Source of the DNA: Octopus vulgaris
Lineage: Eukaryota
Assembly (NCBI GenBank): GCA_951406725.2
Contig: OX597824.1
Location: 31,806,001 to 31,870,000, forward strand
Direction of reading: 5' to 3'
Length of the DNA: 64,000 nucleotides
Positions 37,983-50,798 of this stretch are shown here, in pieces; position 1 is the first letter of the stretch; the number at the start of each line of letters is the position of its first letter. The translations under genes and the position numbers were made by a program. The notes under the pieces are model-generated. The model had not been told where the DNA came from, made no database searches, and worked only from the letters and a program-made list of their open reading frames with translations.

Positions 37983-38599
37983 TATGTGGTCAGAGTAAAA
38001 AAGAGTTTTGGGTGAGAGTGCATCTGTATAAAGATAATAAGGGGACAGAGTGAGGAACTGAATTAGAATATGGTGAATAAAACAGATATAATGAGGGAAT
38101 GATGGGAGGAACACAGATGTAAAAGAATGAGAGAAAGGTTTGGAAAATATTGTAATGTAATAGTAACTTGATCTTCATTATGTTGTGATAACAAGCATTC
38201 TCCCCTGCTTCTGTATCTGTCATTCACACATAAAAACACACATATATGAAAGAACAAAAGAGAGAAAGAGAGAGAGAGATGTAAGTTAAATTTATGTTTG
38301 TTATGCAGTAAGCACATATTTTAAGACTTGCGGTGAAAAATAGATACTGAGTTTAAACCACATGTTTTTTGTTTATCTCAGTGGCCAGAAAAGTAGAGTT
38401 TGATATAATTAGAATCACTGAGTTTTTTTACTGTTTTATTACTAACCAAACTTTCATTTTCATGACCACAGGCAAAATAGTGATTTATAGCAACTTATAG
38501 TGTACACAATCTCCTATAGAACTAAATTACTTTGTCTTAACTCTTTGCATTCAGAAGAGTTATTGACTGAAAGTTATCAATTACATCTTGTCAGTTTTC

Positions 38600-39210
38600 T
38601 TTCTCTGCAATGCTGTCATCCTTGGCTCACAAAACTGGTAATTCTTTCATTCTGTTTCCAGTTGTGGTAGACATTTACCAGGCGGTTGTTACTGAACACA
38701 TCTAGCACATATTTGTAAAGCTCATAGAACAAACCATTTAAAGCGAGTGATTTTCCCCACATGCAACTGTTCATTACTTCTTGTATCTCAGCTGTTCTTA
38801 CTGGTTTTTCACAACATCTCGTCTTCTGCTGAGAACCACATTGGACCATTACTGTCTCCTGTCCTAGGATGCATAGAACTGGTCAGCCAGTCTGGGTTTG
38901 TATATGAGGGACTGATACCACAATATCCCCCCCATACGAGGTGCCAGTCCATCAAAGGAGTACTCATTTACAACTGAATGAATTAGACCATGCTTTTAAG
39001 GATCATTTCTTAAGTATGTGTCGCAATGGTATCCGATTCTATTGAGCAGATCAACAACATCACGATGATGTGAGATCGTATTGAGTCCTGAAAGTGAAGC
39101 AGGATTTTCTGTATCATTCGTTACTCCACCTTCAACAAATGAAAGAAATCCATTGAAGATCGTTCTTAGGAGGTTTAATAACTTCTTAAGAGGGACTCAA
39201 TACTTTCTGA
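38600..39210 (-). mobile_element. Degraded Tx1/L1-type ORF2 fragment
   Basis: CEKPVRTAEIQEVMNSCMWGKSLALNGLFYELYK resembles the pre-RT KSPGxDGLxxExY region. Confidence 0.55.
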
Positions 39211-39217
39211 ATTTTTT

Positions 39218-39520
39218 GTGGAGGCACATGGCCTAGTGGTTAGAGCAGCAGACTCATGGTCGAGGGATCGTGGGTTCGAATCTCAGACCAGGCGATGTGT
39301 GTGTTTATGAGCGAAACACCTAAGCTCCACGTGGCTCCGGCAGAAGGTAATGGCGAACTTTTGCTGACTCTTTCGCCACAACTTTCTCTCACTCTTTCCT
39401 CCTGCATCTTGCAGCTCACCTGCAATGGACCAGTGTCCCATCCAGGTGGGGAACCTATATGCCAAGGAAACCAGGAAACCAACCCTTATGAGCCAGGCAT
39501 GGCTCGAGAAGGAGGAATGA
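39218..39520 (+). mobile_element. SINE family C
   Basis: A box tggcctagtgg, B box ggttcgaatc, family C body, distinct tail. Confidence 0.85.
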
Positions 39521-40045
39521 ATTAGAACAATAGGAAATGAAGTATTTTGCTCAAGAACATGATGCACTGCCCAGTCCAGGAATCAAACCCACAATCTTGA
39601 AATTGCAAGTGCAACACTAACTACAAGGTCATGTACTTTCACTCGTTTGGTAAAGATGTCTTTATTATTTACTACCTACCCCCTATTAAATCACTCTTGT
39701 TGTTTTTGAGCAAACAGGGAAGTGGGAATGAGTTTGTATTTTATCATTGACATCTTTTCTTGTTTCTGCATTTGTTTTTGCTTTACTTCTTTTTTTTGTG
39801 TGGTTGCTTATACTGTTGTCATGGCTGTAGTCATGGCTGGAGTGTGATTTTCCTACCTTTTCTGACAGTAAGATCAAAGCACATGCACACAGGATACTAT
39901 TTGCATTTCACCAAATTTTGCAGCTTTTGTTCATTTCCAGATTTTATTTTGGAGCACCTACGGCAGGTCATCCAGATCATAAATCAAAATAGTTTTCATT
40001 AGGTCAGCAGTTAAATGTAGTTTAGGGTGTCCATAATTTAAACTA

Positions 40046-40557
40046 CCGTAAATCCTTGAGTATAATCCGCATTTTTTTCCCTAAATTTAAAGGTCAAAAT
40101 CCCTAGTGTGTACTATATACAAGGTTAAAAAGGAAAAATATTTTCTAAGCAATGTCCAAGTCTCTATTTGCTGTGTGGCAATGTTTATTCACATGCATTC
40201 TGTGATGTCGGGCGCGAAAATACCTTAAGCTAAGCCTGAAAGCAATGAAGTCATAAAAGAATCATCCATAACTTTCAGTAAGCAACATTTATTAAACGTT
40301 ATTACTGTTATTTCTTTATTTTCTGCAAACAACACGCACAAAAAAGCTACATGTTTGCATTATGTTATATATACAATAATAATAAAGGACTTTACCGTAT
40401 ACATTTTTACAAAGCAAGGGCGTTATATAGACCTCCTTGATTTAAGTTAGAGAAGGGGTGCGTATTATACACAAGGTTTAGGTTTTTCAGAGGTACAGCC
40501 CCCTAAAAATCCCCTGCGTGTTATACTCAAAGGCGGACTATACTTGAGGATTTACAG
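40046..40557 (+). mobile_element. 512-bp non-autonomous derivative of the pogo-like element at 35491-37090
   Basis: Same TIR (ccgtaaatccttgagtata), TA flanks, both ends homologous, opposite orientation. Confidence 0.9.
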
Positions 40558-41488
40558 TAATCAATTAGACTATAAATCTATGATCTGCAGACTAGTCAAC
40601 TTAGATATGGCCTGGGAACAGGGACTCGGTTCCTGGAAGTTGAATGCATTTTCACTGGCATACAGAAACTACAGACTTTATTTAGATAAATTTCAAAAAA
40701 GTTTGATTTATTTTTACAGTGATTCATTTTTCAAACCTCTGTATTTTTCAAAAGAGCAATCACATTTACAAAAAATTTAAGTTTAACTTATTTAATAAAA
40801 ATAAAATCCTTTTTATGGTTAAAGTAAAGTGTGATCACTGTTTTATAGAATCTTCTGTGGATATGAAAGACCATTTACAAAGAATCCAGGGAAGTATGTT
40901 GTTGCTAGTTTGCCATACTTAGGTCAGAAATAGCTGTTACTGCCAGAGAAACCGCCTTTGCTTATCATTCAATTTCACATGACATGATTATCAAGACATC
41001 TGACTGTATGTCAGACTTGGTTCAAAAAGTTTTTGAACCAAAGTTTTGTCTGGTGCAAACAAAATGTAAAGCTGTAATATTGAATGTCACTGCACTAATG
41101 GTTAAATATGAGTTTGCTATAAAAAAAAAAAAATTAAACAGGGGGGGCAAACTTTATGATAATTACTAGCAATGCTTTAAACTGGAAATGTGTTAAAAGT
41201 GATACCTCACATTATTCAACACTACATATCTGGTGAACCTGAGCAATTACAGTGTGGACGACATTTATTACAAATTCAAAGATGCATAAAAACTATTAAC
41301 TTCGCTTAAACATTTAGCCATTAAATTTTGACATCAAATAATAAAAGTTTAGGTGAAGTTAAGAGTCTTTGTGTGTTTTTGAAAAGCTAATATATGTCTT
41401 CTAGGCTGTAATATTCTCAGGCCAAAGGTCAAATCAATTGCCAAGCAAGTACATCTTTGTTTACAAATTATTGACAAATACAGGTTAA

Positions 41489-41708
41489 CCCTTTCATTAC
41501 TGTATTTATTTTGAGATGCTCTGAGTTTCTTTCAATTACTTTAAATATAACGAAGAAGTTAGTAAAATAACTTAGTTATCATTCAGCTAGTGTTAGGAAC
41601 ATAAATTGTGACTAAGATTTGGTGGAAGATTTTAATTCAAAACTTATGAAAACAAGACATTTATACTCAGAGTCAGAGCCGGTTTCAGTGGGGTTGGTAA
41701 TGAAAGGG
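41489..41708. mobile_element. piggyBac-type MITE (TTAA TSD)
   Basis: ttaa-ccctttcattac ... gtaatgaaaggg-ttaa. Confidence 0.85.
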
Positions 41709-41811
41709 TTAACAGAGTAATGTTACTGGATATTGATTGAGCCAAATGTAACACAAATTGTGTTAATGGTATAATTTGAAAAAAACAAAAAAAAAATATT
41801 TAGCTGATTAA

Positions 41812-42456
41812 CCCTTTCATTACTGTATTTATTTTGAGATGCTCTGTGTTTTTTTCAATTACTTTAAATAAAACAAAGAATTTAGTAAAATAACTTAGTT
41901 ATCATTCAGCTAGTGTTAGGAGCATTAATTGTGAGTAAGGTTTGGTGGGAGATTTTAATTCAAAACTTATGAAAACAAGGCACAGGAGTGGCTGTGTGGT
42001 AAGTAGCTTGTTTACCAGCCACATGGTTCCGGGTTCAGTCCCACTGCGTGGCACCTTGGGCAAGTGTCTTCTACTATAGCCTTGGGCCAACCAAAGCCTT
42101 GTGAGTGGATTTGGTAGACGGAAACTGAAAGAAGCCCGTCGTATATATGTATATATATATATATGTATGTGTGTGTTTGTGCGTCTGTGTTTGTCCCCCT
42201 AGCATTGCTTGACAACCGATGTTGGTGTGTTTATGTCCCCATTACTTAGCGGTTTGGCAAAAGAGACCGATAGAATAAGTACTGGGCTTACAAAAGAATA
42301 AGTCCCGGGGTCGAGTTGCTCGATTAAAGGCGGTGCTCCAGCATGGTCGCAGTCAAATGACTGAAACAAGTAAAAGAGTAAAAAGAGTAAGAGTAAAGAG
42401 TAAAACATTTGTACTCAGAGCCAGAGCTGGTTTCAACTGGGTTGGTAATGAAAGGG
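41812..42456. mobile_element. Second copy of the piggyBac-type MITE, interrupted by SINE A (41978-42403)
   Basis: Same TIRs and TTAA flanks; the internal sequence resumes after the SINE. Confidence 0.85.
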
Positions 42457-43406
42457 TTAAAAACCAAACTCGAAAAGAACCTCAGTGGCATCTATCATTG
42501 TGGTATACACATTGTGCACAAGTGTTTCCAAACATCTGCTGGTGATTATCAATTTACATTGAAGCACTTATACTGAAAAATGTCAATTATTTTTGCCTTT
42601 ACACAGTTCACCTAACACTGATAAAGGAATCTTGTCATTCTGCCAGAATGGAATACAAAACGCTATAAATATATACTAGATTTTCATCAAATGATATCAG
42701 TAATTAAAAGAATTCCTGACATATTTTTGACTTGAAATCTTGTATTTTTTTTCATAAAAATATGACCCATAGATTATAAGAGAAACTTTTAAAAATGATT
42801 TTGGAGAAATATATTTGTGGTCTATATTTGAATACCTCTGCTTTTCCAACAAATTGAGTCTGGCCATGGATAAGAGAAATAGCAAAGCAGCAAGCATCTA
42901 AAAATAGCAAACCTGATTGCAAATTTATAAAAGAACAAAACCTGGTGAATTTTTTTCCTGGAAATGGAAAGATCTTGGCTGACAAAACTTGAAGATAATG
43001 ACAAGAGAAGACATTTCTTGTCATTGAACCTGATTTCAACTCTTTTGGAACCAGTTTCTGTTCCCATTGATTCCAGTTTCAAATTTGAAAATTATGATAA
43101 GCATGCATGCACACCCACATGCACGCATGCATGCATGTACACATGCATGCATACATACACACACACATACACACACACATATATATATATTAGGCGGCGA
43201 GCTGGCAGAAACGTTAGCAAGGTTGTGAAGGAAAACATCAGTTTTTGTTCATTATCCTTTAAATCTTAAGATGGTCTTGCAGATTTTTATTGTCTTAGAT
43301 ATCATGATCATTTGTAATGTATGAATTAAGGAGTTACATTCTCTCTCCATGAACCTAAGTTCAGCCATATTTTACTCCAGACTGGTTCGTGCATATCCAC
43401 TAATGA

Positions 43407-44682
43407 CACAGTTTTACAGAGAAATTGAGGCTAGTATAAAAATAGTTGTTCTAGCCTAATTTTAGGGTGCTGATTTCAGATACAAAAACCAGTTTTCACT
43501 CATCGTCTCTAGTTTTTGAAATATATATTGTGATTTATGTGACAATTCATGTAACCATATATATATGATCAATTTATATTTTGTTTTCCAGATTTTTGTG
43601 ATACATATATGATATATATCTCTACAATGGCTTCAGGCACTTCAAAACACCGAGGATGCATCAACAAGGCAAATTGTCAGGATTTCACAGGTGTGGGGAT
43701 TTCACAACAGTTGCACAGCACCGAACAATTACTTCCTTCCTGCTTACTTTCATTATTTTGACTGTAAAATTGGAGATCAGAACAAATCCTGGGCCCCACA
43801 AATCTGTTGTAAACCCTGCAACAATGGACTAACTGCGTGGTTTAACAGCAAGGAAGCAGCCTTCTACCTTGCAGTCCTGATGGTCTGTGGAGAGCCATGA
43901 AGTCGGGCCGACCAAAGCCCTGTGAATGGATTTGGTAGACGGAAACTGAAAGAAGCCCGTCGTATATATGTATATATATATATGTATGTGTGCGTGTATG
44001 TTTGTGTGTCTGTGTTTGTCCCCATAGCATTGCTTGACAACCGATGCTGGTTTGTTTATGTCCCCGTCACTTAGCGGTTCGGCAAAAGAGACCGATAGAA
44101 TAAGTACTGGGCTTACAAAGAATAAGTCCTGGGGTCGAGTTGCTCGACTAAAGGCGGTGCTCCAGCATGGTCGCAGTCAAATGACTGAAACAAGTAAAAG
44201 AGTAAAAAAGAGAGAGAGAGTATCCCAACCTTCCCTCAGCTATGAGACCTGTTCCCCACTCAGATGATTTCCCTGTCCCTACACCCCCAGCAAATAAGGA
44301 TCTTCTTCCTTTGTCAGATGAAGAAATGCCTTCGGGGAAAGATTCTGCCAAGTTGATCTCTTCCAAAGACAATGTCTCTGTTTATTCAGGAGCAAGTGGC
44401 AATGAGCCCCAGTGGATCATGCAGGATGACCTGAATGACGCTGCCTGTGATTTGCATCTATCTAAGCAGTAGTCAGAGCTCCTGGCATCCCGGCTTAAGC
44501 AGTGAAACCTGGTCGAGCCAGATGTAAGGATCACCAAATGGGATATGTGAAAGCCAAAAAAACTAGTGGTGACAGAGCAAAACTGTTCAGAAGATCGAAC
44601 TCATCACATCAAAATTTGTAAAAAAAAAAGTACCTATTCACATCCTTGCCTTAGAGTAAAAAAAACTTTTTGTAAACCAGTG
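43407..44682 (+). mobile_element. Chapaev3-like (CMC) DNA transposon remnant with SINE A insertion (43903-44208)
   Basis: Termini cacagttttaca / tgtaaaccagtg; AYFHYFDCKIGDQNKSWAPQICCKPC; RPVPHSDDFPVPTPP; QDDLND..DLHLSKQ; family name assigned from recalled motifs. Confidence 0.65.
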
Positions 44683-45940
44683 TAATAGGTATGAAACTGA
44701 AAGTGTATCTTGGGGACTAGAATGATAAACTCCTTACCAGTGGTCCGTAGATGTCTGCTTTCCTCTGTATTTATTTTACCACACTAGTGTTCAGAGGGCA
44801 GCAGATTTCCACAACAGAGTATATCTTATGTATGTACATTCTTAGCTCTCCTGTTCGACAGGTATTTGGTAGCTACTCTTGTCCCTGATGAGCAAAAGCA
44901 TAGCTTTGTGGTAATATGTGGTGCATCTATCACAGTTCCCTGAAAGGCCACAATTGTTGTCAATATTGTTGGTATTTTCTGGCCAGTGGAATATGTACCC
45001 AAGCAACTATAATGAGTATTCACTTCCAAGATTCATAGAGAACAGCTGTACTCTTAAAGTACCTATTCAGGAATTTTTCACCTAATTTCATATCAGTTTC
45101 ACTGTTGAATATACACATGATGTAATCATTTCTCTTTCATACATACATAGCAACTGGCTTGAACTCCAACTTTTTATTGGAGTTCAGGCAAGTTGCTAAC
45201 AAAGTGATAAGGCCTTTCAAATTTGAATGGTTCCCAGAATTTGTAATTGTGTAGTTGAGTTAGTTTGTTCATAGATGTAGGTGTATATACATGCACTTAG
45301 GTTTTGTGTAACATTGCCACTTTAGTACTTAAATGTTTGTGCATGTGTGTGTATGTGCACACACATGTACACATGCATCATTACTTTTTACATGTGTGTC
45401 TCTGTACATGCACACAACCAAGTGCGTGCAAGTGTTCATTTAAAGAATCTCATTTGGAGAGTCTTTGGAATATGACAAATTTTCACTGAACCACAAATAG
45501 ATTGGATTAGGAGGATGCACATCAGTTTCTTTGCTCTTTTTTAAATCCTAGCATTTTCCGATTTTTGTGCAAATCTGTAATTACATAGCCTCATGCTCTT
45601 ATGATGATAGATGCAAATGAAAATTTATAGCTAGGGTACAAGAGCAATGTATTTCACAATAGTTGACCATAAATATTCTCTATTTTCCCTGAACTTTTTG
45701 ATGGTACACTCACATCCACTGAGCAGCTGACCTCTACAAAGTTACATGAATTTCATTCTCTCTCCCTCAAAACAATATCAGGTCTGTTATGTTTGCAATT
45801 AATTGCTGGTTTTATTGGAATATTCCATTTGCTTTCCTTGTTTTTACAGGTGTAAATACATTCTGATTCTGGCATTCCTTTCATATATCTATCTGGGCAG
45901 TCCTTCTTGCAGACAGAATTGTAAATAGGTTTTGCAACTA

Positions 45941-46340
45941 GGTGTAGAAGTGGGCTGTGTGGTAAGTAGCTTGCTTACCAGCCACATGGTTCCAGGTTCA
46001 GTCCTACTGCGTGGCACCTTGGGCAAGTGTCTTCTACTATAGCCTCGGGCTGACCAAAGCCTTGTGAGTGGATTTGGTAGACGGAAACTGAAAGAAGCCA
46101 TCGTATATACGTGTGTGTGTGTGTGTGTTTGTGTGTCTGTGTTTGTCCCCTCCAACATCGCTTGACAACCGATGCTAGTGTGTTTACATCCCTGTAACTT
46201 AGCAGTTCGGCAAAAGACACCGATAGAATAAGTACTAGGCTTACAAAGAATAAGTCTTGGGGTCGATTTGCTCGACTAAAGGCAGTGCTCCAGCATGGCC
46301 ACAGTCAAATGACTGAAACAAGTAAAAGAATAAAGAAAAA
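45941..46340 (+). mobile_element. SINE family A
   Basis: Full-length family A pattern. Confidence 0.9.
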
Positions 46341-46399
46341 AGAGTATCTCATTTCTCAAGGGTAGGTAGTATCTCATAGACATTTTTGGAGCAGCTGCT

Positions 46400-46780
46400 G
46401 CTGATGTGGGTGATATCATCCACACTGGTATAGCATAACTGATATTTTCTATCATAACATAGAGGTTGGGTGTTATTTATGTCTCTTTTGTTAATCGGAT
46501 ATTTAGTAGGTGTGATGATTCTAGCATTGGTGAGTGAGGGACAGGGTCAAATGCCTTCATATAATTTAGCCATATTGTTAAGAGATTATGGTAATGTTGC
46601 TTAGTTTCCTTAAGGACAGCTTTGTTGATGAGAAGTTGTCTAGCACAACCCCAGATTTCTTTCTTTCCCCCTGCTTGTTCCTCTGTTATCACATCATTTG
46701 TTTGGCAGAGGTCTTGGAGAAGTACATTTAACAACCTATGTACAAGGACTTTTTTAAAAGAGGAATTGTGAGAATTTCCC
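46400..46780 (-). mobile_element. R4/Dong-like non-LTR RT fragment (possible C-terminal remnant at 44820-45060)
   Basis: EEQAGGKKEIWGCARQLLINK...NLLTIWLNYMKAFDPVPHS. Confidence 0.65.
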
Positions 46781-46919
46781 TGTGGAATGTGTGTGTGTGT
46801 GTATGTGTGTGTGTTTGTGTGTGTGTGTGTGCATCTGTGTGTGTGTATGTTTGCAGGCAAGCACACACATATATACATACTTATTTACTTATTTACTTAT
46901 TTATTTAGTTAGTTTTTTT

Positions 46920-47277
46920 TTTCTTGTTTCAGTCATTAGACCGTAGCCATGCTGGGGAACGGCCTTGAAAAATATTTTTAATCAAATGAATTGACCCCAG
47001 TACTTTTTTTCTAAACCTTGTACTTATTCTATTGGTCTCTTTTGCTGAACCGTTAAGTTACAGAGACGTAAACAAACCAACATTGATTGTCAAGCGGTGG
47101 TGGATGACAAGCATAGACACAAAGGCACACACCCCATAACTTAGGGGTTTGGCAAAAGAGCCTGATAGAATAAGTACTAGGCTTACAAAGAATAATTCCT
47201 GAGGTTGATTTGTTCAACTAAAGGTGGTGCTCCAGCATGATCGCAGTCAAATGACTGAAACAAGTAAAAGAATAAAA

Positions 47278-47327
<50 letters not shown>

Positions 47328-47529
47328 GCCTATATATGTATATATATACATATATAGGCGCAGGAGTGGCTGTGTGGTAAGTAGCTTGCTTACCAACCAC
47401 ATGTTCTGGGTTCAGTCCCACTGCGTGGCACCTTGGGCAAGTGTCTTCTACTATAGCCTCGCGCCAACCAGACCCTTGTGAGTGGATTTGGTAGACAGAA
47501 ACTGAAAGAAGCCCATCATATATCTGTGT

Positions 47530-47530
<1 letters not shown>
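46920..47530. mobile_element. Cluster of SINE family A fragments in both orientations
   Basis: Minus 3' half at 46920-47125, plus 3' half at 47135-47280, plus 5' half at 47355-47530. Confidence 0.8.
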
Positions 47531-47747
<217 letters not shown>

Positions 47748-47889
47748 GAGTGTATTTTACCTTGTTAACATTTAACACGGATAAATGAATGAATAGTTAC
47801 CAGGACAGCAAAAATCTCACAAGTAAATTCTATTGGGATTGACTTCAGATACAATAACCTTGTTATTAATATTTCTAGAGGGTTGGATA

Positions 47890-48453
47890 GGTTTTTCAAA
47901 CACAAAAAATCTCTTGCAAATTATATCTTCTCATAATAACAAACTGTTAAATATTAATACATTTACTAATACTAACATTAATTTAGCTACTACCATCCAA
48001 CCCTCTAGAAATATTAATAACAAGGTTATTGTATCTGAAGTCAATCCCAATAGAATTAAATTTATGTCAAGTAACTCTAAGATTAAAAATTCTATATACC
48101 AGTGTATAATCAGTACTCGTAATAAAGTACAATTTTACATTGGAAGCACATCGTTAGAGTTATCTAAGAGAATTTCTATCCATTACTCAACATTTAGGGA
48201 TAGAAATAAACGGAATAGTACCGGTCTCAGCAAACTGATTTGGAATTTAAAAGACCACAATGAACAATTTCATTTGGAATGGTTGATCCTCTCAATTTCG
48301 ATACCATATGACAAAGGCAAGAAATTCTGTCTTCTCTGCAATTCTGAGCTATTTTTCATTATTTTTTCTAAAAATACTCTAGTAAACACGGTTATAGAAC
48401 GAGCATACAGATGTAAGCATTGGCAAAAACATACTTTTAGTGCATATAAGTAG
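47890..48453 (+). mobile_element. Penelope-like element, GIY-YIG endonuclease fragment (5'-truncated)
   Basis: SIYQ...FYIGST...KRISIH...STGLSKLIWNLKD...W...PY...FCLLCNSE...LVN...CKH; open frame to the stop at 48453; no RT. Confidence 0.85.
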
Positions 48454-48653
48454 TCTCTATCATTATATATAGTTTAGACTTTAATTTCCTTTATATTTAA
48501 CATTCACTATTAATATCCCTACTCTTTCTGTTAGCTACTTATGACGTTATATCATATAACGTTTTTTAAACAATATTAATAGCGTTCTGTCTATCGCTAT
48601 ACGAATCCATCATTTTTTGCTAAAATGTCGTATTGACAAGTTTCGTTTTTTCC

Positions 48654-48738
48654 CTTTCCCGAAGAGAAGATTGCATTGTTTATACCTTTTATTCTTTTGA
48701 ATAAGTATCAGTGGAATTTTTGAAACATATGTAGAAAG
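48654..48738 (+). ncRNA. Type I hammerhead motif with long stem II in the Penelope 3' region
   Basis: ctttc-CCGAAGA-[56-nt hairpin]-GAAA-CATATG-TA-gaaag; one core substitution (U4 to C). Confidence 0.7.
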
Positions 48739-48780
48739 AAAAAATACTTGTTTAAACCTGCGTTAACTCCATTTTTTATT

Positions 48781-48829
<49 letters not shown>

Positions 48830-49616
48830 ACACACACATATGACAAGCTTCTTTCAGTTTCCATCTCACAAATCCACTCAGAATGTTTTGGTTGGCCTAG
48901 AACTATAGCAAAAGACACTTGCTCAAAGTGCCATGCAGTGGGACTGAACCTGGAACTATGTTGTTGGGAAATAAACTTCTTACAACACAGCTATGTCTGC
49001 ACCTAATTAATTATTGAGAACACACAACATAGTGAAAGAATGGGGGAAAGACAAACAAACGTGGGCGGCGTAAAAAAAAAATGAGAGAGAAAGAGCTTCG
49101 AGGTGGAATGAGTGCAAAAAGAAAATAGTAGTAGAAAATAAATGTAATGAGAAGAGGGGAATGGAAAGTGGTGAAGTAGGCATTAAAAATACTGACGAAA
49201 TGGAAGTAAGGAGTGTTAGAACTATTTCAAAACTTTATGAGTTTCGTAACACATCGGATACATCTCTTTTATTGAAGTAATAAAAACAACCTTACAGCCA
49301 ATCACCAGCTTGCATATATGTTGCAGCTGCATCAGTTTAGGTACTCTGTGCATTATCAAATGGAAGTAAATGATAGAATGATTTGAAGCGGAGATATTGT
49401 GCAATAGCGAGACAGCATGAACTGACTAAACATATACGCAATAGTCCCTGCCCTATTTTATATGACACCCCACCATCACTTACTTCTATTACCATTGCAC
49501 AGTTCTTCTAACTAACTAACTACGCCTACCATACCATGAGGAGAGAAGAGGTAGTGTGAGAAGGAAACTTAAGTGTTTGACCTATATATTAACGTTCGAA
49601 ACTTGAGTGTGCATGT

Positions 49617-49651
<35 letters not shown>

Positions 49652-49778
49652 TATAGGGTTACAATTCCAGGTTTGAAAGAGGTCATTTCATGTTTTTCTA
49701 AGAAAAACTAGGAACTTGTAGTAGTAGTGGTGGTGGTGGTGGTGGTTTTGGCGTTGGTTGTGGTGTGGTACTGGTAGT

Positions 49779-49840
<62 letters not shown>

Positions 49841-50200
49841 TGACTTATTTATAGCCTCCTTTAGTTATGATAAAATCAGTAACCAGAAAAGGAAAATGAA
49901 GAAAAATGAAGAATTCCAAGAATAAGTGGAAATGGTCTTGGTCGCCCTATAAAATATGTCAAAACTGAATAAGCTTGTGCTTCCACTGGAGTATTTATTT
50001 AAATGAAAAAAAAAAATGAAAGAATTACATCCAATGATTTAAAAAAAAATAAAGTTGAACAGTTTAAATAAATGAAGAAGTGTAGATGTTGTTAGATTAT
50101 AGGACAGAATGGTTAAGAGTAGAGACAGCATGGGAGAAGGTAAAGGAAAGATTAAAGGAATATATATGTATTTTTTAAATTATACATATATATATATATA

Positions 50201-50580
50201 CACTTGCGTCAGAAATTAATTAGCACTTCTCAAATTTCTACATTAAATAGGTTAAATCAATTAACCTATGAGCTGTTCAAAACGTCTTACGCGATGAGAA
50301 AACTTAGTATGGTGTGATTTTGGTCCTTGCGAGGCGCTACCTATATCTATTAAACAAAGGAAGATTTGTCTGCAACCGCACTCCAAGTTGTTGTTGCACT
50401 GCTATGTCAACATCATAAGGCTGTAGACTCTCAAACTGCTCTGCAAACAAAGTTACGTCATCGTTCTGCGCAACAGTGAACTCACAACAAAGCAATAGTT
50501 CGAGATATGGCCACTAGGTGACAGCACATACCTTGAGTGAAGAGCAAATCAAGGGTGCTAATTAATTTCTGACGGTAGTG
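50201..50580. mobile_element. Tc1/mariner-type MITE
   Basis: TIRs cacttgcgtcagaaattaattagcac / gtgctaattaatttctgacggtagtg; TA flanks. Confidence 0.8.
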
Positions 50581-50599
50581 TACATACATCAAAACGTAA

Positions 50600-50797
50600 T
50601 ACATGTGAATCGTTGGCGATTTTCTTCCTCTGTCTTCTTTTCTATTGGACTTTCCTCCATTTCTGAAGGAGAGCTTTGCTCGAAACATTAAACCATCTTT
50701 CTTTCCTTTCCTGAGTATCTGCTAATATTTTACATGTAATAACGTCCTCGCATTGTTGTTCTTTGTGTTTGTTCATCTTCTTTTTTTGGATTTACAT
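50600..50797 (+). mobile_element. ~200-bp hammerhead-motif element (family H)
   Basis: attt-CTGAAGG-a-gagc ttt gctc-GAAA-catt-aaac at 50659-50693; homologous to the 56566 and 62682 copies. Confidence 0.65.
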
Positions 50798-50798
50798 A

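Noticed and set aside
39218-39290. Possible tRNA gene
   Set aside because: It is the tRNA-derived head of a SINE, followed by the multi-copy SINE body, with no proper acceptor stem end
42697-43269. Overlapping ORFs in several frames
   Set aside because: No recognisable motif, stops in the plausible frames, and no clear splice signals
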